Below are positions 28,962-38,824 of a stretch of 64,000 nt of DNA, in pieces (the stretch's first letter is position 1; the number at the start of each line of letters is the position of its first letter). Position numbers and translations under genes: made by a program. This DNA is from a virus (lineage: Duplodnaviria; Caudoviricetes). The notes beneath the pieces are model-generated. The model searched no databases and was not told the origin of the DNA. It saw only the letters and a program-made list of their open reading frames with translations. The DNA is taken from IMG/VR virus record IMGVR_UViG_3300033233_001970. The stretch is one strand, 5' to 3'.

Positions 28962-30638
28962 TTAGTTCGCGATCATCCAGTCCACATCGGCGCCGTTCGC
29001 GGCGTCTACGCCCGCGCCATTTAGCGCGGTGATCTTGAAACTGCCTGGGGTACCGATCACGCGATCGACGAAGAGTGCTGCGTAGCGTGTTGTCGCGGCA
29101 GCTCCGACGTCTGTTCGCTCGAAGCCAACGATCTTGCTGCTTGCCGTGATAATCGCAGAAATCGCAGGGGAAACACCTGCGACAAGCGTGGTAGTTCCTG
29201 CTTGAAGCGCAGGCGAGCCGCCACCGGGCCCATTCATACGATCCGTGGTTCCGTTGAGAAAAAGATTTGTATTAACCACAAGTCCGCCAGGGATTCCGGC
29301 TTGTGGCAGGTTCACGTTCGCGCCATCTGTTTGATTCACGCCGACGAAGCCGCCGCCGCTCTGCGCGAGCGAATTGATTCCGATGACAGACGCATCGTAG
29401 GCGTTGATGACGGTGAACGCGCCGAGCGTGGTGGACGCGAATTGCGCGCCACCGCCACCGCTCGGGAAAATCTGCGAGGCGCGTAGCATGTCGATGACGG
29501 CGATCCCTGCTCCGCTCGACCGAATGAACGGAGCCGTGGCGCCAGCGCCGACGTTGCTCAAGCTCACGTTGTCGAAGATAAATGTGCGAATATCGATTAC
29601 GTCGATCAGCGGAGTCGCGCCCGCACCAAACCAGTTGATACCGATGTCCGCGAACCCGATCGAAGCCGTGCCGGCGAACGTTACTCCGTTCGCGATCGAG
29701 AGCGTCGTGGTGATCCATCGATCGCCCTGAAAACGAACCGGATCCGCTCCGAGATTGTAGGCGCCTGGCGCGATCACGGGCGCGGCGCCTCGGAACTCGA
29801 AGGTGCGTGGTCCCTGAAACTGCGCCGCGAAGCCGACAGCCTGCGCGAACGTGTTGAATACATTTCCTCTCGGATCGAACACGGTCGAATCGATGACGAT
29901 CGTGTTGACCGGCTTGCTCTCGGGGAAATAGTTGCCACCGGGTACGAGGCCGCCGACGATGCCTGGTTGCGTGAGGCTGATTGACGTGGACGGCGACGCG
30001 CTGTTGACGAAGAAGGTCACTCCGCTGAGAGCACCTGCGCCAATGAAGCTGTCACCGTACGCAAGCAACTGGATGAAGCCGAGCGCGTTATCGAACACGA
30101 CGCCGCTCCCAAAACCGCCGGCTTGCGCAAGCTCGAACATGACGATTCCGATGAAGAACCCTGACGAGTTACGAATAAACGGCTGGCCCCCAAAAGTTGC
30201 TACGTTGCATGTCTCGAACGTGTAAAGGCTAAGCGGTTTGGCCGCGATACACGCTGTCGCAGTGCCGAGGTAGACGATTTGAAGATCGAGCCCTCGCCAG
30301 AACCCGATCAACGTCGCGCCATCCGCGATCGTAGCTACAGTCCCGGCGTTCACTCCGAAAAACGTCACGTCTTCAATGGGACCGAAATTCCAGACACCTG
30401 CCGGGATCACGCACGCCATAAACGTGTCATCGAATTCAACGATACGAGGCCCCTGAACGGCCGCAGCCGCCGCGACAAGCGCTGCCCAACTCGTGTAGAC
30501 GTTTTTGAATGCTGCCCCGCCTGGACGAAATACAAACGTCGTCTGCTCGGCTGCTGCTGAAGATGCTGCGGAATTCGCTCGAGCTATCGCGAGATCAATT
30601 TCCGGTCGGCGAATACTTTCGTCTCTGTGTCGGCGCAT
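28962..30638 (-). CDS. fibre/spike-like virion protein (HRDES leader, internal duplication)
   Basis: NVYTSW...QGPRIVEF repeated as NVFNTF...QGPRTFEF; C-terminus resembles that of 51146..51991. Confidence 0.7.
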   Translation of the reverse strand: MRRHRDESIRRPEIDLAIARANSAASSAAAEQTTFVFRPGGAAFKNVYTSWAALVAAAAAVQGPRIVEFDDTFMACVIPAGVWNFGPIEDVTFFGVNAGTVATIADGATLIGFWRGLDLQIVYLGTATACIAAKPLSLYTFETCNVATFGGQPFIRNSSGFFIGIVMFELAQAGGFGSGVVFDNALGFIQLLAYGDSFIGAGALSGVTFFVNSASPSTSISLTQPGIVGGLVPGGNYFPESKPVNTIVIDSTVFDPRGNVFNTFAQAVGFAAQFQGPRTFEFRGAAPVIAPGAYNLGADPVRFQGDRWITTTLSIANGVTFAGTASIGFADIGINWFGAGATPLIDVIDIRTFIFDNVSLSNVGAGATAPFIRSSGAGIAVIDMLRASQIFPSGGGGAQFASTTLGAFTVINAYDASVIGINSLAQSGGGFVGVNQTDGANVNLPQAGIPGGLVVNTNLFLNGTTDRMNGPGGGSPALQAGTTTLVAGVSPAISAIITASSKIVGFERTDVGAAATTRYAALFVDRVIGTPGSFKITALNGAGVDAANGADVDWMIAN

Positions 30639-30644
30639 GCACCA

Positions 30645-30662
30645 GATGTATCACTTGCCGTT
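30645..30662 (-). promoter_or_regulatory. putative promoter AACGGCAAG-TGA-TACATC, 6 nt before ATG
   Basis: near-identical to 2673..2690. Confidence 0.55.
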
Positions 30663-30796
30663 TGAAAACGAAAGAAGTTACCAATCGTCAAGGGCCCGTT
30701 CCGTCATCCGTCCCGAGCGTCGTAGGCGATGCGCAAGATCTGTGGCCCTTTTCGCCGCGCGCCTTTTTCGTTCGTATTCATTTTTTGTGTCTTTCA

Positions 30797-31405
30797 TCAG
30801 TCACCCGTTCCGTCGTCGAGCGCGCCGGTTTGCGGCATCGCGCATACAGCCATTGCTTGCTCGAACCAAGGATTCAAACATCCGAGGTTCAATCTCAGCA
30901 AATCGTCAGGGAGAAGATACATCGACGGAGGTACGACGATCGTCAACGGTTCGTCGACGATAATCGCGCGCCACATGCAAGGTGGTTTCTGTCCCTTTGC
31001 TTCACACCCATGTCCGGCGTCGAGCGGCAACAATTGCTGCGTTCCGTCATCGCTCAACTTCCAATCACGAGCGATTTTAATGACGAACTTCGATCGCTCG
31101 AAAGGTAGCGGGAACGTGAGCCCTACGCACGAAGCGCCCGTCGCGCTCTTGTAGACGTCAGGTAACTTCGGCGGGGTTCCGAATGTCTTCGTGACGCACG
31201 CCTCGACCGCGTCAACAACGCGATCGATACGTTTCAAATTAATAGGACCGCCAGCGTCAACACGAATGCCTTTTGGCGTCATCTGCGTCGGATTGATCGC
31301 GTAAGCGTGCTGCGGGAAATAGTAGAGAAAATCGCGCAGAGGGAGGTGCGGCGTGCATGCGCCGACGACGATTACGACAACCGTCAAAAGAAGAATACGC
31401 ATCAT
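30797..31405 (-). CDS. Cys-rich lipoprotein
   Basis: MMRILLLTVVVIVVGAC lipobox; ATGA overlap. Confidence 0.7.
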   Translation of the reverse strand: MMRILLLTVVVIVVGACTPHLPLRDFLYYFPQHAYAINPTQMTPKGIRVDAGGPINLKRIDRVVDAVEACVTKTFGTPPKLPDVYKSATGASCVGLTFPLPFERSKFVIKIARDWKLSDDGTQQLLPLDAGHGCEAKGQKPPCMWRAIIVDEPLTIVVPPSMYLLPDDLLRLNLGCLNPWFEQAMAVCAMPQTGALDDGTGD

Positions 31406-32394
31406 TGTTCGTTGGTACGACGCTGGCGATGAATTTCGTTGAGCGCGCTCGTGCTTCGTCCGCACACGTCGAGCACGTCTTCCATCTCGAGAAGTTGGTT
31501 GAGCATGTCTCCGCGTGGGACGACGCAGCCCATGAGTCCAAAATCGAGACGAATGCGGCCCGCACGAAAAACGGTGACGTCATCGGAAGGAACGGATGCT
31601 CCGCCTTTTCCTTCCGAGGCCGAAAGATGAGACTGCATTTCTCCAAGTGCTTGCATGTCGTGCGCATTAAGAAGAAGTCCCATCGGGATACCTGCTGGGA
31701 GAAGCGCTTTTTTGGGAAGCTTGTAGAAAGGCTCCGTGGCGCCGATACCGACGAACTGCTTGTCGATGGGAGAAATCTTCGTAACGAAGCTTTCGGGAAC
31801 GAAGAGCTCGGCGGCTCCGTATCGCTGAAGACGGGCATTCAGCTCTTCAACGTGTTTTTTGATGACGACTTCGCGCTCCTCCATCGGATCGCGCTTGAAG
31901 CTCTCTGGCTGCTTGAGGAAAAGAATCTGGCTGAGCGGATCATCCACAAGCAGATATCGCTGGGAAACCTGAAAGCGCAGGCCGTACGCGTGCACCATGC
32001 TCGCGAGCGCACGCCACGCCGGCAGCCCGTACTCAAAAAGCGCCGGCTTGCCGCCGGTTGTTTTGCCACGAACAACAAACGACTCAGCATCGGCGAACGC
32101 GTGAAAGCGCAACCCCACGACGAGGGTGTCCTGCTGAAGAATGCCGTTCATGACCAAGGACGACTCGGCGTGGTCGACACCGCCGGGAACGTGGCGAAAG
32201 TCCTGTCCGAGATCAAACTCTTCACCGAACGTTTTTGCAATGTCCGCGTCTTGCATCGGAAGCCCGATGTTGAAACGCATATACTCGACATCTTGAACGT
32301 CCTTGATGTCGAGGTTTTTGACCACGTCCACCGCGTTTTGGTTGCCGGATTTTCGTTCGAGAATTTTCATGAGTTGCTCCCCTATGTTTCGCAT
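31402..32394 (-). CDS. hypothetical beta-rich protein
   Basis: 330 aa ORF with normal codon pattern; function not recognised. Confidence 0.6.
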   Translation of the reverse strand: MRNIGEQLMKILERKSGNQNAVDVVKNLDIKDVQDVEYMRFNIGLPMQDADIAKTFGEEFDLGQDFRHVPGGVDHAESSLVMNGILQQDTLVVGLRFHAFADAESFVVRGKTTGGKPALFEYGLPAWRALASMVHAYGLRFQVSQRYLLVDDPLSQILFLKQPESFKRDPMEEREVVIKKHVEELNARLQRYGAAELFVPESFVTKISPIDKQFVGIGATEPFYKLPKKALLPAGIPMGLLLNAHDMQALGEMQSHLSASEGKGGASVPSDDVTVFRAGRIRLDFGLMGCVVPRGDMLNQLLEMEDVLDVCGRSTSALNEIHRQRRTNEQ

Positions 32395-32489
32395 GAGCGA
32401 AAGATAGAGTTGTCATGCAAAAATAACCAGCGTTTTCGATCGATCTCGTGTCTCGGTCTTGTGATACTTTGTCCCGAAGAGGTGCAGAA

Positions 32490-32861
32490 ATGGATTCCTG
32501 GATCGTCGTCGCGAGCACACCCGCAGGCCCCACTTTCTACGGAAAAGACGTAGGTTGGACTTCCGATCCAGCCGGCGCGTCGCGAATGAGTGGAAGCAAA
32601 GCCAACACTCTCGTCGGCCGCATTCTTCGCGTATCCGCCCAGCGAGCGGCGCAGGCGGGACGCCCGATGCAAACGAGCAACGTACGCGCGATAAATCTCG
32701 CGGGTCGCCACATGCAGCCGAGCGCGGCGATGATGGAGATGTACCGCGCGAATCCGGAGGGCATGGGCGGGTGGATTAGTGAACATCCTTGGATGACGTT
32801 CTTCTTGGCATTATTTGGAATAAGCGCAATTGCAACTATCTTTGGCCCTCGCCATTGGTAA
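32490..32861 (+). CDS. protein with C-terminal RANP + TM helix
   Basis: GAGG RBS; YRANPEGMGGW..HPWMTFFLALFGISAIATIFG. Confidence 0.65.
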   Translation: MDSWIVVASTPAGPTFYGKDVGWTSDPAGASRMSGSKANTLVGRILRVSAQRAAQAGRPMQTSNVRAINLAGRHMQPSAAMMEMYRANPEGMGGWISEHPWMTFFLALFGISAIATIFGPRHW

Positions 32862-32867
32862 GGATTC

Positions 32868-34202
32868 ATGACGCTCTATTGCGGCACGTGCGTCACTCCT
32901 ACGGGTGAGCCTTGTCTCTTCCCGCTCGATACGCCAAAAACTGCCGGCGTAGGCACGGTCGCGAATTTCGCTTCCATCGCGGAGCTCCGCGATTTGATCA
33001 AAGCGAAAGACTACACGTTAGACCAACTCGGTAAAGCGTACAAAGCCTTCGAGCCCTCATGGGTGACGAAGGATTCGTCAGCGCAACAAGATTGGCTGGC
33101 CGATTGGAAGGCTCTTCTTTTTCGGTACGACGGCGCGCACGCGAAAGCAGAGGCGGCCATTTTCGCCGCAAAAGCAGTTCCGCTGGACGACCGCCTCATC
33201 CCTGCACAAATACAATGGGACGCGGTACTTCGTTCTATCCGTAAAAATTGGGACGGACATACTGGCGGCGAGCTCGTAAAGGGAGATCTCCAAGACCTAA
33301 ACAACCGACTGCAATCGGCGCAGAGCAAACCGATTGACTATTCCAATATGCCGCAACCCGTGATCGGCAGCGACGCCGATCTCAACTTGTTTCAGGCTGC
33401 CGATGTCACGATCAAGAAAGGCTTCCCAACCGCCGCGTACGTAGCGCTCGCACTTCTCGGAAGCATCGGCATCGGATACGGCATCTATTTCGCGATGACG
33501 CGCACGCGTTCGTCGAATCCGGCTTCCGGTCGCCGCGAGATCACGGGCGGCCCTATTGTCTACATCGAGCGTTACGAGAACAAGTACCGCGCATACTTCA
33601 GCGACGGTTCGTTTACGGGTTTGCAAGTCGGCCCCGAAGACGAGGACGAAGAAACAGGCTCGTACGATCGTCTCGTGGACCGTCTTCTGCACAAATGGCC
33701 GAACGTCGCCATTGTTCGAAAATCAGAGCGCACGCACTGGGAGCCGTACAAACAATTTCCACGCGGCGTTGTCGCGGCGAATCCGGTTCCAGAGACCGAT
33801 CTCGGTTACGCTCAGTACAGAAAACAAGTCCTGAATCTTCTTCTGTATCAAGGTACAACGCGATCTCAGGCCGCTAGACTCATTCAGGTATACACCTCCG
33901 CCATCGCCAGAGCCTACGAACAGAACATGGCGCCCGCCTTCGCTGTGCACGCGATCGTCAACGATCGCGGCTTCATGAAAGTGTTGGTCGCGAATCCCGT
34001 ACGGCGGAAAATCATGCGTTCAGGATTGAAACCAGGAGATCATGTTGGCTGGGCCGACAACCGTAGCGATTGGCTCGGCGTTGTCACGAAGGTGTGGGTT
34101 AAGCGCGTCGACAATGTACCAACCGAAGTGGCGCGCGTCCGATGGGACAAGAGCGGTTACGAAGGATTCGTGCGGCATACGAAACTCCTGAGGCGCGTAT
34201 GA
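32868..34202 (+). CDS. multimodule membrane protein (helical domain, TM, three NP-delimited modules)
   Basis: SSNP, AANP, VANP joints; last module SH3-like (KPGDHV..GVVTKV..ARVRWD). Confidence 0.75.
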   Translation: MTLYCGTCVTPTGEPCLFPLDTPKTAGVGTVANFASIAELRDLIKAKDYTLDQLGKAYKAFEPSWVTKDSSAQQDWLADWKALLFRYDGAHAKAEAAIFAAKAVPLDDRLIPAQIQWDAVLRSIRKNWDGHTGGELVKGDLQDLNNRLQSAQSKPIDYSNMPQPVIGSDADLNLFQAADVTIKKGFPTAAYVALALLGSIGIGYGIYFAMTRTRSSNPASGRREITGGPIVYIERYENKYRAYFSDGSFTGLQVGPEDEDEETGSYDRLVDRLLHKWPNVAIVRKSERTHWEPYKQFPRGVVAANPVPETDLGYAQYRKQVLNLLLYQGTTRSQAARLIQVYTSAIARAYEQNMAPAFAVHAIVNDRGFMKVLVANPVRRKIMRSGLKPGDHVGWADNRSDWLGVVTKVWVKRVDNVPTEVARVRWDKSGYEGFVRHTKLLRRV

Positions 34203-35020
34203 GCAATCTCCAAACAGGCGTTGGCGGCGTCGGCGGCTCGGTTTGCGACGTCGACTCGGTGCTCGGCTACAAACGTCGCTTGATCGGGCCGTGGACGTCG
34301 CTCAAGTCGGACATCGAAGATTGTCCTCGCATCTCGCTCGACCAGAAAACGGCATTCAAGCTCGACCTGATCGCTTTCAACAACTGGTTCACCGGAAAGA
34401 TGCCGGAGCTGCCGTTTTGCGGTGACACCCAGCTCATCCACGAAGGGCAAGATTTCGAAGCGCGTTACAACAACTGGCGTCGAGTCCTGATGGGACTTTC
34501 GTGCCCGCCTACGGAGCCGGAGCTACCGCCGCTTCTCGATACCGATCCGCGAAGCCCGAATTACAAACCGCCCGAAAACGATCTGATTCGTACGCTGAAG
34601 GTGGTGACGACTGCCGTGGCTGTCGTTGGCGGCGTCGCGGCGCTGATTTACGGACTATCGATTGCGGCACCAATCATATCGGCGACGGTGAAAACCGCCA
34701 TCCCGCGCACAGGGGCAAGAATGAGACGACCAAATCCCGCTCGAAACGTAAAGCGTGGCGATCTGGTCGAGTTCACGCGAGATTATCGCATTGATTACAC
34801 GGTGGGCGATGGAGAGTTTGGCGTAGCTGTAGAAGACGAGAGATCGGACAGAACTGTTCTTGTCGAACTGGCGGACGGCTCTACTTATCGCGCTCGTTTC
34901 ATACATGCTTACGCGTGGGGCGGATGGATGCCAGAAGAACTCGAGTCGACGTACATGAAATATCGACCAGTTGACGAAGATGAATGGCTACGATCCACAA
35001 TTATTCGCAGTTGGGTCTAA
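34199..35020 (+). CDS. helical domain + TM + RPNP + SH3-like module
   Basis: ATGA overlap; architecture parallels upstream gene. Confidence 0.7.
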   Translation: MSNLQTGVGGVGGSVCDVDSVLGYKRRLIGPWTSLKSDIEDCPRISLDQKTAFKLDLIAFNNWFTGKMPELPFCGDTQLIHEGQDFEARYNNWRRVLMGLSCPPTEPELPPLLDTDPRSPNYKPPENDLIRTLKVVTTAVAVVGGVAALIYGLSIAAPIISATVKTAIPRTGARMRRPNPARNVKRGDLVEFTRDYRIDYTVGDGEFGVAVEDERSDRTVLVELADGSTYRARFIHAYAWGGWMPEELESTYMKYRPVDEDEWLRSTIIRSWV

Positions 35021-35021
35021 G

Positions 35022-35675
35022 ATGAAAATCGTCGACAAGTTCAAGGAGCTCCCTCCCGGCGCGCAAATCGGCATCATGCTCATCGGCGGCGGCGTACTTC
35101 TCGCGGGCGGTATCGCGCTCGCGATGAGCGGAAACAAGGCGACCTCAGCGGCAAAACCTCTCCCCGGTCCCGGTCCCGTACCGCTTCCGCCAAGCACCAT
35201 TCCGCAAAAGGCGCCGTACCACATCACCTACCGTGGCGTGACCGCAACCATCGGCCAGGATCCTGACGATCCCGAGAAATGGATCGCCGTCTACGCGATC
35301 AATGGCCAGAAGGCTGGAATCTACACGCGTACCAACGAGAGTGGCATCATCAAGCGCTTCAACGATGCGGTCGACGCGTATTACGCGAACGCAAAGTGGT
35401 TCGCGCTGAATCTGTCGAACGGAATTACGCTGAAATCGAACGTCGTCTACCGTTTGTCGCTTCCCACCAACGTTCAGGTAGCCTTACCGGTTGTCTCCAT
35501 GGGACGCACGATTTCCTTCTCCGAATTGCCGGAAGATTGGCCGCCGGACGATCGCACCGATCCGACGCGTTTTCGCTACGAGCTGTGGCCGACGAGCGAC
35601 TTGCCGTTGCCGCCGCTCAGCAAAGCGTTTGGATGGGCGCTCTCAACAACGACGGCTCCACAGCCTCGGGCATGA
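35022..35675 (+). CDS. single-pass membrane protein with HicB-like and WPxDD domains
   Basis: TM 13-35; TYRGV..W.A; YRLSLP...DWPPDD..RFR. Confidence 0.7.
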   Translation: MKIVDKFKELPPGAQIGIMLIGGGVLLAGGIALAMSGNKATSAAKPLPGPGPVPLPPSTIPQKAPYHITYRGVTATIGQDPDDPEKWIAVYAINGQKAGIYTRTNESGIIKRFNDAVDAYYANAKWFALNLSNGITLKSNVVYRLSLPTNVQVALPVVSMGRTISFSELPEDWPPDDRTDPTRFRYELWPTSDLPLPPLSKAFGWALSTTTAPQPRA

Positions 35676-36034
35676 AGATGACTCAGGACATGACTCTTCC
35701 GGGTGACCGCTCCGAGGTCACCACCACCGTCGAGAACATCGCGCTCGGCGTTGCGATCGTGGGAGCCGTCGTGGCCGTCGGCAGCGTCATTTCTGTGCTG
35801 CGCCATCCTTACGCGCAATGGAGATCAGAAAATACAACCGCTCCGACGAGTGCGTACGTCGTGGAGCGCATCACAGGCGGCGCTTACGTTGGGCTTCCCG
35901 TCGCAGGTATTTTCGGTACTGTCGTGGCCGCGACCAGCAACCAATACCAAATGGCCGGCAAGGCGGCTGCCGTAGCCGGATTTGGTGGAAACGCTTTGCT
36001 CTGGGCGTGGATCTTCCGTGGAGTTCCCAAATGA
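35672..36034 (+). CDS. three-TM membrane protein
   Basis: hydrophobic helices; ATGA overlaps at both ends. Confidence 0.6.
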   Translation: MKMTQDMTLPGDRSEVTTTVENIALGVAIVGAVVAVGSVISVLRHPYAQWRSENTTAPTSAYVVERITGGAYVGLPVAGIFGTVVAATSNQYQMAGKAAAVAGFGGNALLWAWIFRGVPK

Positions 36035-36453
36035 AACGCAAAAAGAAACAGCTCCGCACGCTCGAGTCGTATACGCATTCGCCGTACCTCTACGAGACTC
36101 CAAATCCGTTCACGGATACCGCGAAGAAAATCACGACGATTGCCCTTATCGGCAGCGTATCGGCTGTCGTTGTCGGGTACGTCCTTGTACGCGTGGGCGT
36201 CTCCAAAAGAAAAACCGAAGATCCCTACGTGGCCAGCTCCACGGGTCTCAAGCTGGCGAACGCTGGCGAATGGGCGCTATTCGGCGGTAGCCTCGCAACC
36301 TTCTCCGCGCTCGGCGCTCTTGTTGCGGGTAAAGTAAACGATAGTGATATTGCGGCTGGAGTAGGCGCCGCCGCTGGCGCGATCGTAGGATTCATACCCG
36401 CCGCTATCTCGACCATGATTCTCGCAGGAGACGTGGGAACAGGGCCGCACTAA
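36031..36453 (+). CDS. membrane protein with basic RTLESY..NP leader
   Basis: MKRKKKQLRTLESYTHSPYLYETPNP + 3 TM. Confidence 0.7.
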   Translation: MKRKKKQLRTLESYTHSPYLYETPNPFTDTAKKITTIALIGSVSAVVVGYVLVRVGVSKRKTEDPYVASSTGLKLANAGEWALFGGSLATFSALGALVAGKVNDSDIAAGVGAAAGAIVGFIPAAISTMILAGDVGTGPH

Positions 36454-36468
36454 CCACGTGAGCAATCA

Positions 36469-36873
36469 ATGCCTAAGAAGCGACACAAGAAACAGTTCCG
36501 TACCCTCGAGTCGTACACGTACTCGCCGTACCTCTACGAGAAAACGAACCCCATCGAGCCACCGACCTCGCCCGTTGGTACGGCCGTCGTTGCGACGAGC
36601 GCTCTCGTCGCCGGAACGGTCGTAGGCGCTACCGCTGTTTACGTGTACGTGCGCAATGAGCCGTCCGTTTGGCGCGGCCTTGCCATGATCGGCGGTGGCG
36701 TCATGGGCTGGATCGCGACCGGCGCCGCAGGTCTTCTTGTCGCCGCGTTCTCCGAAAAATGGCGCAAAACCGCTCTCACGACAGCAGGGCTTGGATTTGG
36801 TGTGCCTCTCGCGATTGCGCTCCTGGGAGGCGTGCGCCATCCAGTAACCGCAACACCTGCGCCGCAAGCTTGA
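36469..36873 (+). CDS. membrane protein with basic RTLESY..NP leader
   Basis: MPKKRHKKQFRTLESYTYSPYLYEKTNP + 3 TM. Confidence 0.7.
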   Translation: MPKKRHKKQFRTLESYTYSPYLYEKTNPIEPPTSPVGTAVVATSALVAGTVVGATAVYVYVRNEPSVWRGLAMIGGGVMGWIATGAAGLLVAAFSEKWRKTALTTAGLGFGVPLAIALLGGVRHPVTATPAPQA

Positions 36874-36877
36874 CGCC

Positions 36878-37060
36878 ATGGAGTACACGAGCACCGCGCT
36901 ACTTCTTCTCGAATGGACGCACGAAGACAGATGTGCGTTGTGTCATGCGAATCGTCCCAATCACGAAATTGGCTGCGCGCTCGATAACGCCCTGGCAGAA
37001 CGCGGCTTGACTACCCAAACCAACCGTGACGCCGCACGAAAGCTTCTCGTGCTCCCATGA
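36878..37060 (+). CDS. small Zn-binding hypothetical protein
   Basis: CALC....H..GC.LD.AL. Confidence 0.5.
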   Translation: MEYTSTALLLLEWTHEDRCALCHANRPNHEIGCALDNALAERGLTTQTNRDAARKLLVLP

Positions 37061-37440
37061 CTGCGCCCATCATCAAAATCTGTAGTTGCTGCGGCAAATC
37101 CTACACACGAGCCGCATGGAAAAAACTTCCACTCGTCGCGGCCAACTACGATGTGGTCGGCGATGGCGTCGAAGTGCTCGAGCTCCGAAATTGTTCTTGC
37201 AACAGCACGATCAGTATCGTCGTCACAAAAAAGAATCCAGTTCAGTATTTCGAAACCTACGTAATCGATGTCGCCAACCTCCTGACCGATCGCTACGATC
37301 TCCATCCTGACGACGCTGTTGAAATCATCGAGGAGTACCAAGACGCCGTCATCGGATGGCAGGAACGCGGTGTGACCGTCGAAGATGCCGCCAAAACGCT
37401 CTACGTTTATTTCGAGGAGCTCTTGACGAAATATGCGTAA
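37057..37440 (+). CDS. Zn-ribbon + KKNP + helical repeat module
   Basis: CSCCG..Y...W..LP...LELRNCSCNST. Confidence 0.65.
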   Translation: MTAPIIKICSCCGKSYTRAAWKKLPLVAANYDVVGDGVEVLELRNCSCNSTISIVVTKKNPVQYFETYVIDVANLLTDRYDLHPDDAVEIIEEYQDAVIGWQERGVTVEDAAKTLYVYFEELLTKYA

Positions 37441-38242
37441 TCCAATCCGACTTCGCGGCGAGCACGTCCCGCTTTTTCTGATCTCGGTTTACGTTGCCGA
37501 GCTTGCCGTCTTGATGAAAACGAAGCTAGGACTTTCGCCTGAAGAAGCGAAACGGCTTATCGATCGATACGATGTATACGTCATTCAACTTTTCTTGAGA
37601 CGAGTTCCCGCCGACGAAACCGCTCTTCTCGTGCTTGATGCGGAAGAACTTGGCGAGGTCAGGCCCTCCAACGGCGTTCTCTTCGAAACGGCTGGCTACG
37701 TCATCTCTGTCGCCAATTCGCTTCAGTCGCGTTACGGCATGAATCCTCTCGAAGCTCTTGTTCTCTTCGATCAGTACGAAGACGAGGTGATCAAAGCGGC
37801 AGGGTACGGCGTCAAGCCCGCTACGCTTGCGAACCAACTCGTTGAAGGCCATTGCGGCGCGGAGGCGGCACGCAAACACGAACAGAATCCTGTCGCTCCG
37901 TTCTTCGAGAACAGTCTCCGACGAGCCAGTCTCGAGCTCACCGGCGCGGCGCAGCATTTCAAGCGAACGCGTGAGTGGCTCGACATGATGTACTTTCGAC
38001 GGCTCGCGGCGAAAGAAGATCGTGAGCGCTCTGAGGCAATCCGATCGTTCAATGCAGGTGTTCACTCGTTCGGTCGCGCCATCGGGCGCCTTGAGGAGCT
38101 ACAAATGCGCGGACGGGTTCCTTCGCGGTGGGTTCGGCTTTTCGAGCGCAAGATACGCATTGTCGCCGAAGCCCAGAGCGATGCACGAGAAGCTATTCTT
38201 TTCGCATGCAAATCCTTCCACCGGCGACGAGCAAGAAACTAG
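37433..38242 (+). CDS. MRNP-tagged protein with two helical repeat modules
   Basis: YVxx(L/V)A..L...G..P.EA..L.D.Y repeated. Confidence 0.7.
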   Translation: MRNPIRLRGEHVPLFLISVYVAELAVLMKTKLGLSPEEAKRLIDRYDVYVIQLFLRRVPADETALLVLDAEELGEVRPSNGVLFETAGYVISVANSLQSRYGMNPLEALVLFDQYEDEVIKAAGYGVKPATLANQLVEGHCGAEAARKHEQNPVAPFFENSLRRASLELTGAAQHFKRTREWLDMMYFRRLAAKEDRERSEAIRSFNAGVHSFGRAIGRLEELQMRGRVPSRWVRLFERKIRIVAEAQSDAREAILFACKSFHRRRARN

Positions 38243-38243
38243 A

Positions 38244-38272
38244 TTTCTTGCCGAACGATAAGATGGTATCGT
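38244..38272 (+). promoter_or_regulatory. putative promoter TTTCTTGCCGAACGATAAGATGGTATCGT
   Basis: matches 60046..60074 (-) upstream of an unrelated gene; extended -10 6 nt before ATG. Confidence 0.6.
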
Positions 38273-38278
38273 GGCCTC

Positions 38279-38584
38279 ATGGCCAAGCCGACCAAGGGCG
38301 AAATTCGCAAGCTGATGAAGCGCATGCGTGACGATATTCTCGGGCTCAGCGACGCGCTCAAAGAAAACAAAGGTCGAAACGCCATGCTCTTCGTCTGCGA
38401 CCTTCAGCGCGTGGCTCGCGCGACGCGCGATCTCATCGCCGACAGGTATCCGCAAGAGAATCCTGTCGAAGAAGAGGAAGAGGACGACGAAGCGGACGAA
38501 GACGACGACGAGGCTGATGAGGATGACGAGGTCGAGGAAGATTTCGACGATGCGGACGAGGACGATGGTGAGGAGGACGACTGA
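38279..38584 (+). CDS. small protein with ENP followed by poly-Asp/Glu tail
   Basis: QENPV then ~38 aa almost all D/E. Confidence 0.7.
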   Translation: MAKPTKGEIRKLMKRMRDDILGLSDALKENKGRNAMLFVCDLQRVARATRDLIADRYPQENPVEEEEEDDEADEDDDEADEDDEVEEDFDDADEDDGEEDD

Positions 38585-38824
38585 TGCGGCTGAAAAAAAG
38601 CGCCCGCAGCAATCGGTGACGTGATTTTGATCTCTGGCGATATCGACGAATGCGATCGACTTCACTGGTGGAAGTACGAGCCTGCGATGAAATTCCGTCG
38701 ACCCGATGGTACAACGGCCAGCGCAAAGTGGCTCGTCGCCTGCCACGAGCATGCTGCGCGCTACAATTTCGATCCGTCGCGCATGAAGGTCATGAACGAC
38801 GCGACCTACACCGGAGATAACTAA

